Source: Styela clava
Taxonomy: Eukaryota
Length of the DNA stretch: 64,000 nucleotides
Reading direction: 5' to 3'
Assembly (NCBI RefSeq): GCF_964204865.1
Contig: NC_135263.1
Span: 9,300,001 to 9,364,000 of the forward strand
Position 1 is the first letter of the stretch, and every line of letters begins with the position of its first letter. The position numbers and the translations under genes are program-made. Of this stretch, positions 1 through 12,034 are shown piece by piece. The notes beneath the pieces are model-generated. The model was not told where the DNA came from. It saw nothing but the letters and a program-made list of their open reading frames with translations, and ran no database searches.

Positions 1-291
1 AATGCTGAAGATTTTCTTGCTTCATTGGTTGAGCTTGGTTGGGATGTTTTTCTGAATTTGTGCATTGGATATCGTTTGTTACTCACAATTGGCTACTCAA
101 TTGCTAGTTGCGAACGATCTTTCTCAAAGTTGAAACAGATAAAAACATATTTGAGGTCTTCAATGTCAAATCAGCGCATGTCGAGTTTGTCTTTGATAAG
201 CATCGAAAAAAAATTCCTGACAAGTGAGGTGAAAGAGGCTGTCGTTCAGACATTTGTTGACAGCAAAGTAGCGATTGGACATAGAAATTAA
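1..291 (+). pseudogene. C-terminal fragment of a hAT transposase (hATC dimerisation domain, ZMYM1-like)
   Basis: Translation LLLTIGYSIASCERSFSKLKQIKTYLRSSMSNQRMSSLSLISIE matches the hATC motif (T/S)xAxxERSFSxLKxIKxxLRSxM. The ORF runs off the window's left edge, so intactness cannot be judged. Confidence 0.85.
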
Positions 292-505
292 TAAGTGGCT
301 TGCTGTTTTGTTAGGTTTGTTGCTTAGCTTGAAGATTTATTTAATAAATCAAACGTTCCTATCTTACTTGATCTTTATTTTATTTATTCTCATGTATAAC
401 GACATCTATAAGCTGTTTAACCCCCGAATTATTCATGAAGTTAGGTATAAGAGGCAGCCTTTTAGAAACTCGTCCCAGGCAGCAGAAGACTTTGGCGCGC
501 CCCTG
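1..505 (+). mobile_element. Right end of a hAT DNA transposon
   Basis: The transposase C-terminus is followed by an AT-rich tail and a terminus ...TTTGGCGCGCCCCTG (reverse complement CAGGGGCGCGCC), a typical hAT TIR. Confidence 0.7.
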
Positions 506-764
506 CGCGTGAACCCCCTCGATTCATTACCAGAGAACGTACTACCTGAGATAAAGCGTACTTTTGTAAAATCAGAACAACCAGAGGAGCAACAATCAAA
601 AATTTAGAAACAAGATCCACAGTCTGTCTTAGCTTTTCTTTTACGCTGTTCAAGTTTCGATCTGCGTAGTTGACGCGGTTGTAGATACTTTCACTAGCAA
701 TGTTGAAATATGTTATCAATTGGTGTTACACATGAATATATTCAAATGTTTTTCCAGTAGAGTC

Positions 765-1200
765 AGTGCCATATGCATATAGAGCCAATGTCATATGCAC
801 ATACAGCCGTCTATTATGTACATACAGCCAATTCTTTTGCACATACAACCAACTCATATAAAGTCAAAGTCGTAAACATATACAGTCAAGGTCATATAGA
901 GCCAACCAAATGTGCACATATAGCCAATATCATATTCACCTTATATGCATATACAGTCAACTCATATGCATATACATCAAATGTTATATGCATATATAGC
1001 AAAATCATATACATATAGGGTCAACTAAATATGCATATATATATATATAGCGAACTATCCTACATATATATTTAACCCTCATATTGAGTTGGCTGTATAT
1101 GCATATGACAATGGCTGTATATATATGAATGTGGCATTGGCGCTACATGTATATGATTTGGCGGTATATGTTTATCTTTGACTGTATTTGCATATCTTGT
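765..1200. repeat. Foldback minisatellite element (~21-bp CATATGCATATACAGCCAA-type units in inverted arrays), probably a MITE
   Basis: Degenerate tandem units at 770-1060 and reverse-complement units (TTGGCTGTATATGCATATG) at 1085-1195. Confidence 0.65.
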
Positions 1201-1412
1201 TACCAACCCCACTTCCACTAATCACTCCCCCTGAACTCAGTTCGAATTTAACGAGTACTGATGTTTTTACTCTGTAGAACAGCTGAATTCACATCGTTCG
1301 TATATCACGTTATCAACCCCACTCCTACTGATCATTCTGCCTTAACTCAGTTGAATTCCACGGATTCTGATAATGCCCTGTAGCACTGCTGCTAAATTCA
1401 CCGCGTTTGTAT
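1201..1412. repeat. Degenerate ~110-bp tandem duplication
   Basis: AACCCCACT..CTACT(A/G)ATCA..AACTCAGTT..GAATT..TGTAG..AATTCAC..GTAT occurs twice (1204-1302 and 1314-1412). Confidence 0.6.
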
Positions 1413-1641
1413 GAGAAAGTTCAGGCGGGTTGATGATAGCTTTCCATCAGGTCCATGCAATTAACACTACTTAGCTAAGAATGGTAACCGGTGAAGGCTG
1501 TTGAACCGGCTGTTGTTCTGATTATGATATAGGTCGTATTATAGGTTTCACTCCACGGTACAAATTTGAAAAGTCTTGAATATTTATTAGCAAAGTAATA
1601 TTGCAAAATACATAAATTAATATGCAAAGTTATATTCTCAC

Positions 1642-1740
1642 CAGTGATTTCCAAAGTGGGCGATATCGCCCCCTGGTGGGCGAAAACGATACAGAAGGGG
1701 GCGAAAAGGCCGAAGGGGCCTTAGAGGGGCGATTGCGCAA
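1642..1740 (+). mobile_element. hAT (Charlie-like) terminal fragment
   Basis: Begins CAGTGATTTCCAAAGTGGGCGATATCGCCCCCTGG with GGGGCGA subterminal repeats. No partner end found. Confidence 0.55.
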
Positions 1741-1881
1741 AACCTGCTTTTGTGCGGTGGCTGGCGCATCGTGCACTTGATCCTGTACTCTGCGTGTGTT
1801 TGCAGGTTTGAATCCCGTGAGTGATAATCACACGCGAGAGGATATCTGGATTCCTTCCCGCGTAAGGTAGTTCGCGTAGCC

Positions 1882-1960
1882 CAAGGGTTCGGCAACCTAC
1901 GACCCGCGGGCCGGCTTCACTGAATAAATAGCGACGAAACGGCCGCGCTATTACGATGAA
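1882..1960 (+). mobile_element. hAT MITE terminal fragment related to 7117-7566
   Basis: CAAGGGTTCGGCAACCTACGACCCGCGGGCCGG resembles the TIR/subterminus CAGGGGTCGGCAACTTACGGCCCGCGGGCCGG of the complete element. Confidence 0.6.
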
Positions 1961-2532
1961 TTAATTTTATAATCTAGTAGATTATATTTTTTACGTAACA
2001 GAATTTAGTGTGAGACACGTTTAGACTGCGTTGGTCTGGCTTGCGATTTCCAAGAAAAAGGGGATGCATCGTATATTATTCCAAAATTTTTTGACATAAA
2101 GTTTTCCCACGAACAAGCTAAGAGCAACAAATAGTTATGAACATATGAACTTAATGAAGGATAATGAAATCGTTGACTTATCTAAAATTCGTTGAAATGT
2201 TGATGAAGCTCCAGGCCGTCTGGTAAGAACTTTTGTTTGTATTTACAAATTAAACTCCTTTTTTTAATGCTTCGGCTTAGATAACTGGATAAACTGTGGG
2301 TGATGAATCAAAAGTGGATGACAAATGATCGGTGAAATATGAGCAATAAACCTGAACTGGTGATTATGCCGAGTGCGGACTCTTCACCACTCTGTACACT
2401 TCTACAGGAGACTGTAGCGACGCATCGAGTATTTAAAAAGGTAATTTGATAATGGAGTTCATTTTGACGCATTGTAGTCTCCGTAGTTTGAATTCGAGAT
2501 GTGAAAGTTGTTTGTAAGTAGGAAACCAATTA

Positions 2533-2735
2533 GGTTCCATTACATTTGAACCCACGTACATTTGAACTCATGACAATTGCACCTGCATACTATTGCACCT
2601 ATGGAAATTTTTTGTGTTTTACGGATATTTGAACCCATACTAACTTAACCCATGGGTTTTAGCACCCGCATATAGATTAAACCCGCGGATATACACATGG
2701 GTTCAAATGTACATGGGTTCAAATGTACGGTCACC
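2533..2735. mobile_element. Mutator-type MITE with 15-bp subterminal tandem repeats
   Basis: GG...CC termini, inverted arrays of TACATTTGAACCCA(T/C)G, and an exact 9-bp TSD AACCAATTA (2524-2532, 2736-2744). Confidence 0.8.
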
Positions 2736-3214
2736 AACCAATTATATTGTAAAATATTACTAACAATATTATTTTTGTTTTACAGATAAATTGTCTTGCA
2801 AGGCGCGTCGAAGTGACTGTCACAATATAAATGCGGTTCCTCACTAAAGCATTTAATTCGATCTCAGCTAAAATCAAACTATAGTATTTATTGAACTTGA
2901 AACACTGATCAGACAATTAACACCGTCTGATTCTAACACTCTGGAATTCAGTGTGGCTTCAGATTATTGGTTTTAAGACTTAACTCGGGGTGTCAATGCC
3001 ATCTAGCTCGAGAACTAAATGTCGAACTCAGAAACATTAAACCGCGCCACATCAGTCTAGTAATGACGTCTAACTCAACTCTGGTCAGTGACTTTGGACT
3101 GTTAATGGCAACATCGAATTAATTTGTAATGAAGTGTGTTTTCACATGTGTTGGACCGCAGATGCATACCTTTATTCCTGCCTGTATTAGATTTATAGCC
3201 ATGGTCGATTACAT

Positions 3215-6200
3215 TTAACACCTAGCAATGAAGCCAACTGGGGCTGTTTGCGTCGCCTCAGCCAACTTTCTTCAAGTTTTACCGGGGGCTTTTCCCGTTT
3301 TAATTTATCGAAACATCGCGTTGTCAAGGCCAACAAAGAATACCTCAATAGTTATTCAAGATTTGCCTGGTTGGGGTGTTGCCGCCGATGTACTTTGCAT
3401 GATCAGGCTACATCAATCGTTGATGTTTCCTATTCTATGTTTTATTCGAGCATATCTTGTGACCTTACCACTGGGTAAATGTTTACTGAAACATAAAACT
3501 GTTACCATTCTGTACAAAACACTTCCTTAAATTGTAGTACGTGATGGGGAGAACAGCTATAGCGTATATTTCAAGCCCACTCGCGCGTGTAATTTTTGAA
3601 TTGATTGTTGAAATCGAAAACTTCCTGTGGTCCGCTCCCTGGTTAATTAAATTTGATACCAAAACTAAATCACTACCTGGGAAATCAAATAAAAATAAGT
3701 GAAATGAAACATGTATTACAAAAACTTTAATACTAAATGTTTCAAAACATACCCAACTTGTATATATATATACTTCAAATTATGCATACTGTTGTCGATA
3801 TTAATTTTTGAATAAATTTCATGAAAAAAATTGTCGTAATTCGTATCCAAAAGAAGTAATTATTTATCTTTTGCACTGTAAAAAATGTACAAATTAATTT
3901 AATTAACGATTGGCATTTTCACTGAAATTCAGCTTATCAATAATAAAAATTTGGTCTTTAGTCTTAAGAATATATAAATCACAATAGCATGAGAACTTTT
4001 ATTTATCATTTAGTAACAACAAGAGAGCTATGCTCCAATATGTGGACACGGAGGGCAAAACGAAATATTTTATCATCAATTCCCCGAAAAACATATGCGG
4101 TAAATCACCAGTACCTGAATCAGGGTAACGGTACAGGGACCGTCACAGTATTTTTCCCAGGTCCTGTGACGATGATCTATTCTTCGTGATTCGATTTCAA
4201 CGTGAATTGAAATACCAGGTGACCCGAGTCACGTCATAACACACAAAACAAATCCCATAGAGCTCACAGAAATATTGGAAATGAATAAAGCGAGAAAATA
4301 CAATCTTTCACCACTGAAAATTTCAAAGCAATTGGCCCAGTAATCAAAAAGAAAGGCGATTGGGGGAAAATTCCAAGAACAACAACAACATATTAAAAAA
4401 AAACGATCCGCAGGTTTACTCCGTGTTCAATAAATCAGTAAGAAGTTTGCGATGGAATAGTTTATCCGATTATGTACACAGGACTCCACACATGCTCGAC
4501 CATCTTCTATTCTTGGAGATCGTTCTCCCAGTCTCGTTGCCTTCGTTGTTGACCTGGAATTATAGGTCAACAACGTTGTTATTACAAGTTTTGAGGTTAT
4601 TAAAGGTTTGTTGCAATATTTGCACTTAGAGGGCATATAAAATATCTCGAGATTTATAGGGGAATAAAATTATATGTGTGTTCACCTTTCGAAACAATAA
4701 TTTGTACTTGATAACTAATAAGCTACTATCAACAATTCGGTTGGATGTAACAAAAGGATTTTTGTTTGTGAATTGTATATGTAAGTAGAAGACGGAAACT
4801 TTTAGAGTGGAAACATGTTCATTTCCTTGGAAATTGGTGTTGGATATACTACAACAGAGAATATCATTATCTTCCGAAAATTGTCTAATTATTAACTGCA
4901 ACTTGATGTCGTGATTTATATTTGTTGTCTTGTGTTTAAGTTTACCTTCATTTCCAAATGTTTCTGAAGATTTGAACTCAACTTCAACTGTGTTTCCAGC
5001 TCCCAGTATTATTTTATCAGCTTCTACATTATTAGTATTGAAGGTGTGGCCTGCAGACAGAAAAAGCCTTGTTATGAAAAAAACAGTACCGTTGTACAAC
5101 ATCTTATGTATGTATTCTCATTTGGTTTGCCCAGTTGAAGGGACAACCCAATGATTTTAGAAATCTATGATATAATTCGGAATCGAATAGGTTTACAAAA
5201 TTGTTATTTCATAATGTCAAGATTTGAACTACGTAGCGCTAAAGCAATAATAGGGCTAAAAACAGTTCACACTAATCATAAGGAACACAGTTGAGTTCAC
5301 ACTAAGCACAATGAACACAATTAGAATCTTCAGGATAAGGTCGGCCACGCGGAGAATCATGTTTTTTGCGGTATAGTTTGCGAATTCCAGTCAAAGCATT
5401 TTGCTAAATCATGGATTCTGTCTTCGTAATACTGCATAACTGGTCTTCAATTCATACAGGTGTAAAATTATTTTAATTTTCGAATCAAATTATGAGACGG
5501 TAAATGAGCGCTAGAGAATTGAGTAAGTACCGAAATGGCTTTTGCGAAGACAAACTTTTTCACTTACTTGACTTTGAAGGTTTTACTTGTGAGAGATCCA
5601 CTTTCGGAAGAGCTAAATTGAAATTGAAAGCTAAATTACGGGTTCCTTTTCAAAGTTTAATTAAATCAATGACAATCAAGAAAAGCATATAGTTTATAAT
5701 TTCAAAATATGTATATACATCAGTTGCAACGCATTGAATTGATAAAATTATTCTCAAAATGAACCATAGTACAGTCGGTGGTTTTACTCTGGTATTCAAA
5801 CGAAATGAATCAGTTCAAGGTTAGTTGAGTTAAAGTATTTGTATAATGCCAAAGATTTTATCATTATTGCATTTGAAGAGAATGATAAAATTTTAATTCA
5901 GCAATAACTTTTCTACTATATATATGCAACACCTGGTTTTTGCTCAGTGTTTTTGAGCGTAATATGGTTCCCACTGCCAGCAATCAATTCTTTTGTTTTC
6001 AGATCCCCGAGGTTGAATACTATGACGTAAATTATTAAATAAACGATTGGTGTATGTACTGGTAAATTCCAGGTTACAGGTTTTGTAACGTTTTAGAAGT
6101 GACAGTAGAAATATATTTATGACACAATATTCCACCAGTTGGATCGATTTATAAGTTTTCTTTTAAAAATAGGACTACAATTTTTTTACCATTTTACTGT

Positions 6201-6365
6201 GAGACAAGTTTTAGGCCCTGAACAGCACAAGAAGTAGAAAAATTAAAACTTATAATGTCTTCATACCTACGATACCACATTATAATTTAAAATTTGTTGT
6301 GCAATTGACGTTATAGAATACCCTACATATTTACCATTATTTCCGGGTGTATTCGATTCTGCCAT
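3215..6365 (-). pseudogene. Decayed multi-exon gene, copy A; N-terminal RHIM-like exons, possible NLR remnant
   Basis: ATG at 6365 (MAESNTPGNN). GT-AG phase-1 exons 6019-5933 (FNLGDLKTKELIAGSGNHITL), 5645-5568 and 5050-4946 (HTFNTNNVEADKIILGAGNTVEV) have splice sites and frame conserved in copy B. Stops and frameshifts occur elsewhere. The product identity is inference. Confidence 0.5.
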
Positions 6366-7116
6366 TGTTAATTCTGCTTTGCCGATCCTTACACTCAATA
6401 CAGCCGATTGGGGCTAATGCTTATGATGGCAGCCACCGCTACTTCTGATAAAATACAGTACATATCACGATATTTGACCCCGGACTTCCCCCGTTTTAGT
6501 TCTTAAAACACGGGTCGTCTATGATCTTCACAATGTTTTTGCTCAGTTTTCCGTTTCCCTTGCGTGTGCCGCACATAACTAAACACTTCCTCAAAATGAG
6601 TACACAATGGGTAAGACAACACAACGACTATTTACACTATTACACAACAGACTTGGAAACCTTAAACCCATTTGTGTGTGCTATTTTTAATACATACACT
6701 AGGCCTCAGATGATTAGTATGAAACTTGTGACTCACTCGATACTTGGGTTGAACTTACCAAAACTGAATCACACAGACTCACTCTGTACACAATGTAAAA
6801 TTATGTTCCAAATGTTAGACCCCTGTCTAATTCATCTACTACTAAATAATATTCCAATTTCAGAGTGTATCTAACTTCGTTACAGCAAAAATTCTCTAAG
6901 ACTGAAGAAGCCATGGAAGTATACAAGTCCTACCTGGTTTTCCAGCAGTAAAAACAGTCACACAGGCATGCAAGCAGTTTAACTATAAATTAATATAAAT
7001 AATTATGTGACAGCTTGTGGCACTAACTTGTGATACTTCTGGTCGCATTTGAATATTAATTGTCCTCAGAATTTCACGCAGATCCTGGCAAATTGATCAT
7101 CAACATTACTGTAGAT

Positions 7117-7566
7117 CAGGGGTCGGCAACCTTTTGTCGCTCGCGGGCCAAAATTAAAGGTTGCAAATTGGCGGGCCGCACATATTTTTAGAAAGTTAAA
7201 AAATCTAATGGATGACCGACGAATCACATTTTATCACACAGATCAGAAGTTAAATTTTAAACAGCGCGCGAAGACTGACCATTTGAATATTTTTTGCGCC
7301 ATTAAACCCTTTGCACTTAGCATCAACTTTTCTGCGTTTTGTTGCCATTTGTCTAACTAAATTATAGACTCATTAAACGAGTAATTGTGAATTATATACT
7401 TGTTACGTTATAATACAATTCAGTCTAACGTAAATTCTTTTGCGTAAAGAATATAATCGTCAAAACAGCTATAATTTGTTACTATAATGAAGTGAAGCGT
7501 CGCGGGCCGGATTATATTGCTCCGCGGGCCGAATCCGGCCCGCGGGCCGTAAGTTGCCGACCCCTG
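7117..7566. mobile_element. Complete non-autonomous hAT element (MITE)
   Basis: TIR CAGGGGTCGGCAAC / GTTGCCGACCCCTG, exact 8-bp TSD CTGTAGAT (7109-7116, 7567-7574), and CGCGGGCC subterminal motifs. Confidence 0.92.
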
Positions 7567-7614
7567 CTGTAGATGTAGCTCGCCCACATTACTCAATTTA
7601 CCTAATTCCGCGGA

Positions 7615-7927
7615 GGTGACAGCATATTTCCACCCACGTACATTTGTACCCGTAAACTGCACCCACGACATTTGCACTTTCATCTTTTGCACTCATCGAC
7701 ATTTGCACCCTGGTAAATTGCACCCATGAACGTTTGCACCCACGGATATTTGCACCCATGTACATTTGCACCTACATACATTTTCACCCATGTACATTTC
7801 CCCTAATGGACATTGGTACCTACATACATTTGCATCCATGTACAATTCTACTAATGGACATGTGCACATACGTACAAATGCACCCATGCACATCTGCATT
7901 CACAGACTTTTGTACCCATGACATTTT
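7615..7927. mobile_element. Half of a Mutator-type minisatellite MITE (same family as 2533-2735)
   Basis: Starts GGTGAC, followed by a tandem run of degenerate TACATTTGCACCCATG units. No inverted partner. Confidence 0.7.
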
Positions 7928-8134
7928 CGCGAATATGCATTCGCCTCATAAACGCACCTATAGTCCTGTTTGCGAATACCCGTGTTTCAGACAAACTCAC
8001 CAGCTTTGAATATAAATTCAAAATGAAGACGGATTACAAATTTTAAGTAACCCTTATTTATGGTGAGGGTTGCTATGTTTTACTGTCATTGCAAGTTACA
8101 ATCCTATCCCACTTCTGATTACACTGCATAGATC

Positions 8135-11100
8135 AGTTACACCTAACAATAAAGTCAACTGTTTGTGTCGCTTCAGCCATCTATTTACAAGTTTTACTGA
8201 GAGCTTTTCCCGTTTTCGTTTCTCAAAAACATTGCGTTGTTAAAGTCAGCAAAGAATACCTTAATAGTTCACGATTTGCCTGGTTGGATGTTGTCGCTGA
8301 TTACCCCTCTCGTGCATGGGACTGCACACAGTGGTGGGATTCAGCTGGTTCGCACCGGTTCTATAGAACCGTCTCACGGAATTTTACAAAATCAGCGAAC
8401 CGGTTAGCATTAATAGTTACTGTCAAAGTTCTGTTTGTAACTGAACCGGCTGAAAAATATGACTCTTGTGAAGAAACCGGCTGACAAAAAAATTGAATTC
8501 CCCAACTGACTGCACATATACTTTGCATGGTTGAGCTACATCAATCGTTGATTTTTCTCATTCATTTTTTTATTCGAGCGTATCTTGTGACTTCACCACT
8601 AGGTAAATGTTTACTGAAACACGAAACTGTTACCAGTCGGGCAGTCTGTATATTGCGTGATGAGGAGAACAGCTATAGCGTATATTTCAAGCTCAATCGC
8701 ACCTCTTATTTTTGAATGGATTGTTGAAATCGACAATTCCTCATAGTCTGCTCCCTTGTTAAATTCGATACTAAAATTAAATCACACAAACACAGAATAT
8801 TAGATTGAATACAAATGAGTGAAATATGAAATTATTACTGAAACTTCAATATGAAATGTTTCAAAACATACCAAACTTCTATAGATACTTCAAATTATAC
8901 ATAATGTTGTTGATATTAGCTTATGAATAAATGTCATAAAAATAAATTGTCGCAATACGACAATAAAAAATACTTGAAGAGAAAAGCGATTTTTTTCATT
9001 AGAATAGGAAGAAAAATTTCAAGAACAACATAATAAGAGAACGAAATATAGGGCCACTCTGTGTCCAATAAATCAGGAAATAGCGTAAGTTTTGTATGTA
9101 AAGTTTATGACGGAAAAGTTTATCTTATTATGTACACAGGACTCCACATATACTCGTCTACTCTTGGAGAAAGTTTTCCCAACCATGTTGACCTCGTGGT
9201 TTACCTGAAAGTTGTTATTACAAGTTTCGAGGTTAAAGGTTTGTTGCAATATTTGCTATCTTAAGATTAATAGGAAAATATTTTATAAATGTGTCTAACG
9301 TTTAAAACAATTATTTGTACTCGATAATTAATGAGTTACCATCAACAACTCGGTAGGATGTAACAAAGGATTTTTCTTCGTGAGTTGTATATTTATGTAG
9401 AAGATGAGAACTATTAGAGTCGAAACGTTCATTCTCTTCAAAGTTGGTTTTGGATTTATTACGAAAGAAAATATCATTATTTTTAAAAAATGATTCAATT
9501 ATCAGTTTTATAAGAATTTTGATATCTGCACGTGGTGATTTATATTCATAGTCACGAATTTAGTTCACCTTCATTTCCAGTTTTTTTGGAAGAATTGTAT
9601 TTAATTTCAACTATGTTTTCACACTCCATTTCTGTTTTATCAGATACCGCATCATTCCGCACAATAAAGATGTTTCCTGCAGGTGGAAGCCGTGTTAATA
9701 AAAATACAGAAAAATATAATACCATTGTACAAAATCTGATAGAAACCAAAAATACTTATTTTGTCTTCTCAGATGAAAGAAATAAACAATGATTTCAAAA
9801 GTCTATGAATTAATTCGGAACCGAATAGGTTTATAAAATTGTTATTTCACAATGTTAAAAGTTAACCTACACAAAGTTAAAGCAATATTGAACTCAAAAA
9901 TAGTTTACACAGGCCACAGGAACACAATTGAGTTCACACTATAAGCACGTACAACACAGTTAAAATCTTCACCAAAGGTCGGTTTTTGAGTTATCGTCTG
10001 CTAATTCCAGTCAAAGCGTTTTGCTAATTCATGGATTCTGTCTTCGTAACTGGTCTTCAATGCACTAAAGTGTCGGATTTTTTTCTATTGTTCAATTTAA
10101 TTATGTGACGCTAAACGTGCTCTAGTCATGAAAATTAAACGAACTGATTGAGTACCGATAATAGCTTTTGCGACAATAACTTTTTTCACTTACTCGACTT
10201 TGAAGGTTTTACCTCAGGGAGATCCACTTTCGAAAGAGCTGAATTAAAATTTAAAGATAAATGAAGGTTGTCTATTAAAGTTTAATTCAATCAATGACAA
10301 GCAAGAATAGCATATAGTTTATATTGCCAAAATATAATATACATCAGTTCCATCGCAATAAATCGATGAAATGAAACATAGTACAATCAGTGGTTTCACT
10401 TTGGTCTTCGAACGGAATAAATCAAACTAAGGTTAATTGAGATAAAATATTGGGATCAAGACAAATAAAATAAAAAAAACAAAAATACTGATAATTTGAT
10501 AATTACAAAAATCATATTTCACGTCAGATTTTTCTTAATGTGAGAAAACCATATAAAAGATTTTATTATGTGTAGTGTCCTAAGAGATGTGTTTAAAAAA
10601 CGACTCCGTATGCATATTTAGCAGTCAATCAAACGATACATATGTCTGAAGAAAAGTAATATATATATAAAACATTCTTGCGGAGAGTACTACGGAAAAT
10701 GATTCAAGTAGCAAAAATTTTATTATTATTGCTTATGAATAGTATATGATAAAATTTCAATTCATCAATAACCGTTTCTAATATATACGATACCTGATCC
10801 TTGCTCAGTGTTTTCATGTGTAATATGGTTCCTACTGCCAGCAATCAAGTGTTTTGTTTTTAAATTCCCAAAGTTGAATACTACGACGTAAATTAATAAA
10901 CAAAATATAAGTCTATGCACTGGTGAATTCCAGTTCTCAGGTTCATTAACGTTAGGACCGTTAAAAGTGGCAGTAGAAATATGCTTCTGATACAATATTC
11001 TATCTGTTGGATCTATTTATAAGTTTTCTTTTAAAAAACGACGACACAGGTATTTACCATTTTACTGTGAAGCAAGTTTTAGATGTTGAATAGCACAAGA

Positions 11101-11244
11101 AGTTGGAAAATTAAAAGCCACACGGCGTCATATCTACGATTCCATATAGATAAAAATGAATTCTAAATTTGTAGTGCAATTGACGTTATAAAAGATATTT
11201 CTTACATACATACCATTATTTGCGGGTGTACTCGATCCTGCCAT
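8135..11244 (-). pseudogene. Decayed multi-exon gene, copy B
   Basis: ATG at 11244 (MAGSSTPANN). Exons 10880-10794 (FNFGNLKTKHLIAGSRNHITH) and 9676-9569 are homologous to copy A. There is an in-frame TAG in the YEDRIHELAKRFDWN* segment (~10001), an internal deletion and a MITE insertion. Confidence 0.5.
8329..8508. mobile_element. hAT MITE inserted in duplication copy B
   Basis: TIR CAGTGGTGGGATTC / GAATTCCCCAACTG, exact 8-bp TSD ACTGCACA (8321-8328, 8509-8516), and AACCGG subterminal repeats. Absent from copy A. Confidence 0.85.
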
Positions 11245-12034
11245 TGTTAATTCTGCTGTGCTGATCCCTACACACAATACAACCGACTGCAGCTAATGAT
11301 TATGATGGCCACCACTGGTACTTCGGATAAAATACGGTACATTCTTGAGATTGAACCCTGGACTTCCCCCGTTCCAGTTCTGAAAAAAACATGGGTTGGG
11401 TAAGCTTTTCACGATGTTTTTTTCGCTTCCCTTGCGGAACTAAACACTTAACTAAACGCTTCCTCAAAATTAGTACACAATGGGTAAGACAACACAACGA
11501 CTATTTACAGTTTACACTATTACACAACAGACTTTGAAACCTTAAAACCATTTGTGTGTGCTATTTTTAATACATACACTGGGCCCAGGTAGAAATTGTT
11601 GAAATAGGAAACTCTTTGTGACCTCCTTGGGCTGAACCCCCGTGCGCAAGACTTGATACATGCATGATATAAAGAACCAAAATTTCGATGTAGATGACCG
11701 AAACAATCACACCAAAATCACGAAACATACTTCAAGCCCGAATAAAATACTAAAAATTTAAAAAAATCTGCTTATAAACTCATAAGAGCGGGACGCAGTA
11801 AACAGCCTGGCCACATTCTCAGCCTATTAGAGTATTACACTACTTTGTCCAGTGGGTACCGCTAACAAAGTATCGAACTGCTACGAAAGGGTATTATGAC
11901 TTTAAAATCTTTATAAGAAGCCATCAGAAAATGCCAGGCATACGTTATGCATGAATAGGTATAGGTTAGATAGATATTACATACCGTTGCCAATTTGAGC
12001 ATATCATGTGTTCTTGTGTACCTACAAAATTCGG

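Larger units (their letters stand above)
3215..11620. repeat. Diverged tandem segmental duplication (~3215-6750 vs ~8135-11620)
   Basis: Collinear homologous blocks: 3410-3500/8525-8635, 5520-5720/10150-10345, 5940-6030/10800-10890, 6590-6700/11460-11580. Copy B lacks ~3850-4340 and carries a MITE. Confidence 0.9.

Noticed and set aside
765-1200. Regular short repeats (also 2540-2730 and 7620-7927) as a CRISPR array or repeat-protein ORFs
   Set aside because: The units are degenerate, abut without unique spacers and form inverted arms with TSDs in eukaryotic DNA. The ORFs are by-products of the minisatellites.
3228-3530. Plus-strand ORFs 3228-3530, 3248-3478 and 8527-8715 as genes
   Set aside because: No recognisable domain or splice structure. 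Their similarity reflects the segmental duplication.
4626-5102. 158-aa ORF as a single-exon gene
   Set aside because: It reads through introns. Only the internal GT-AG exon is conserved in frame in copy B.
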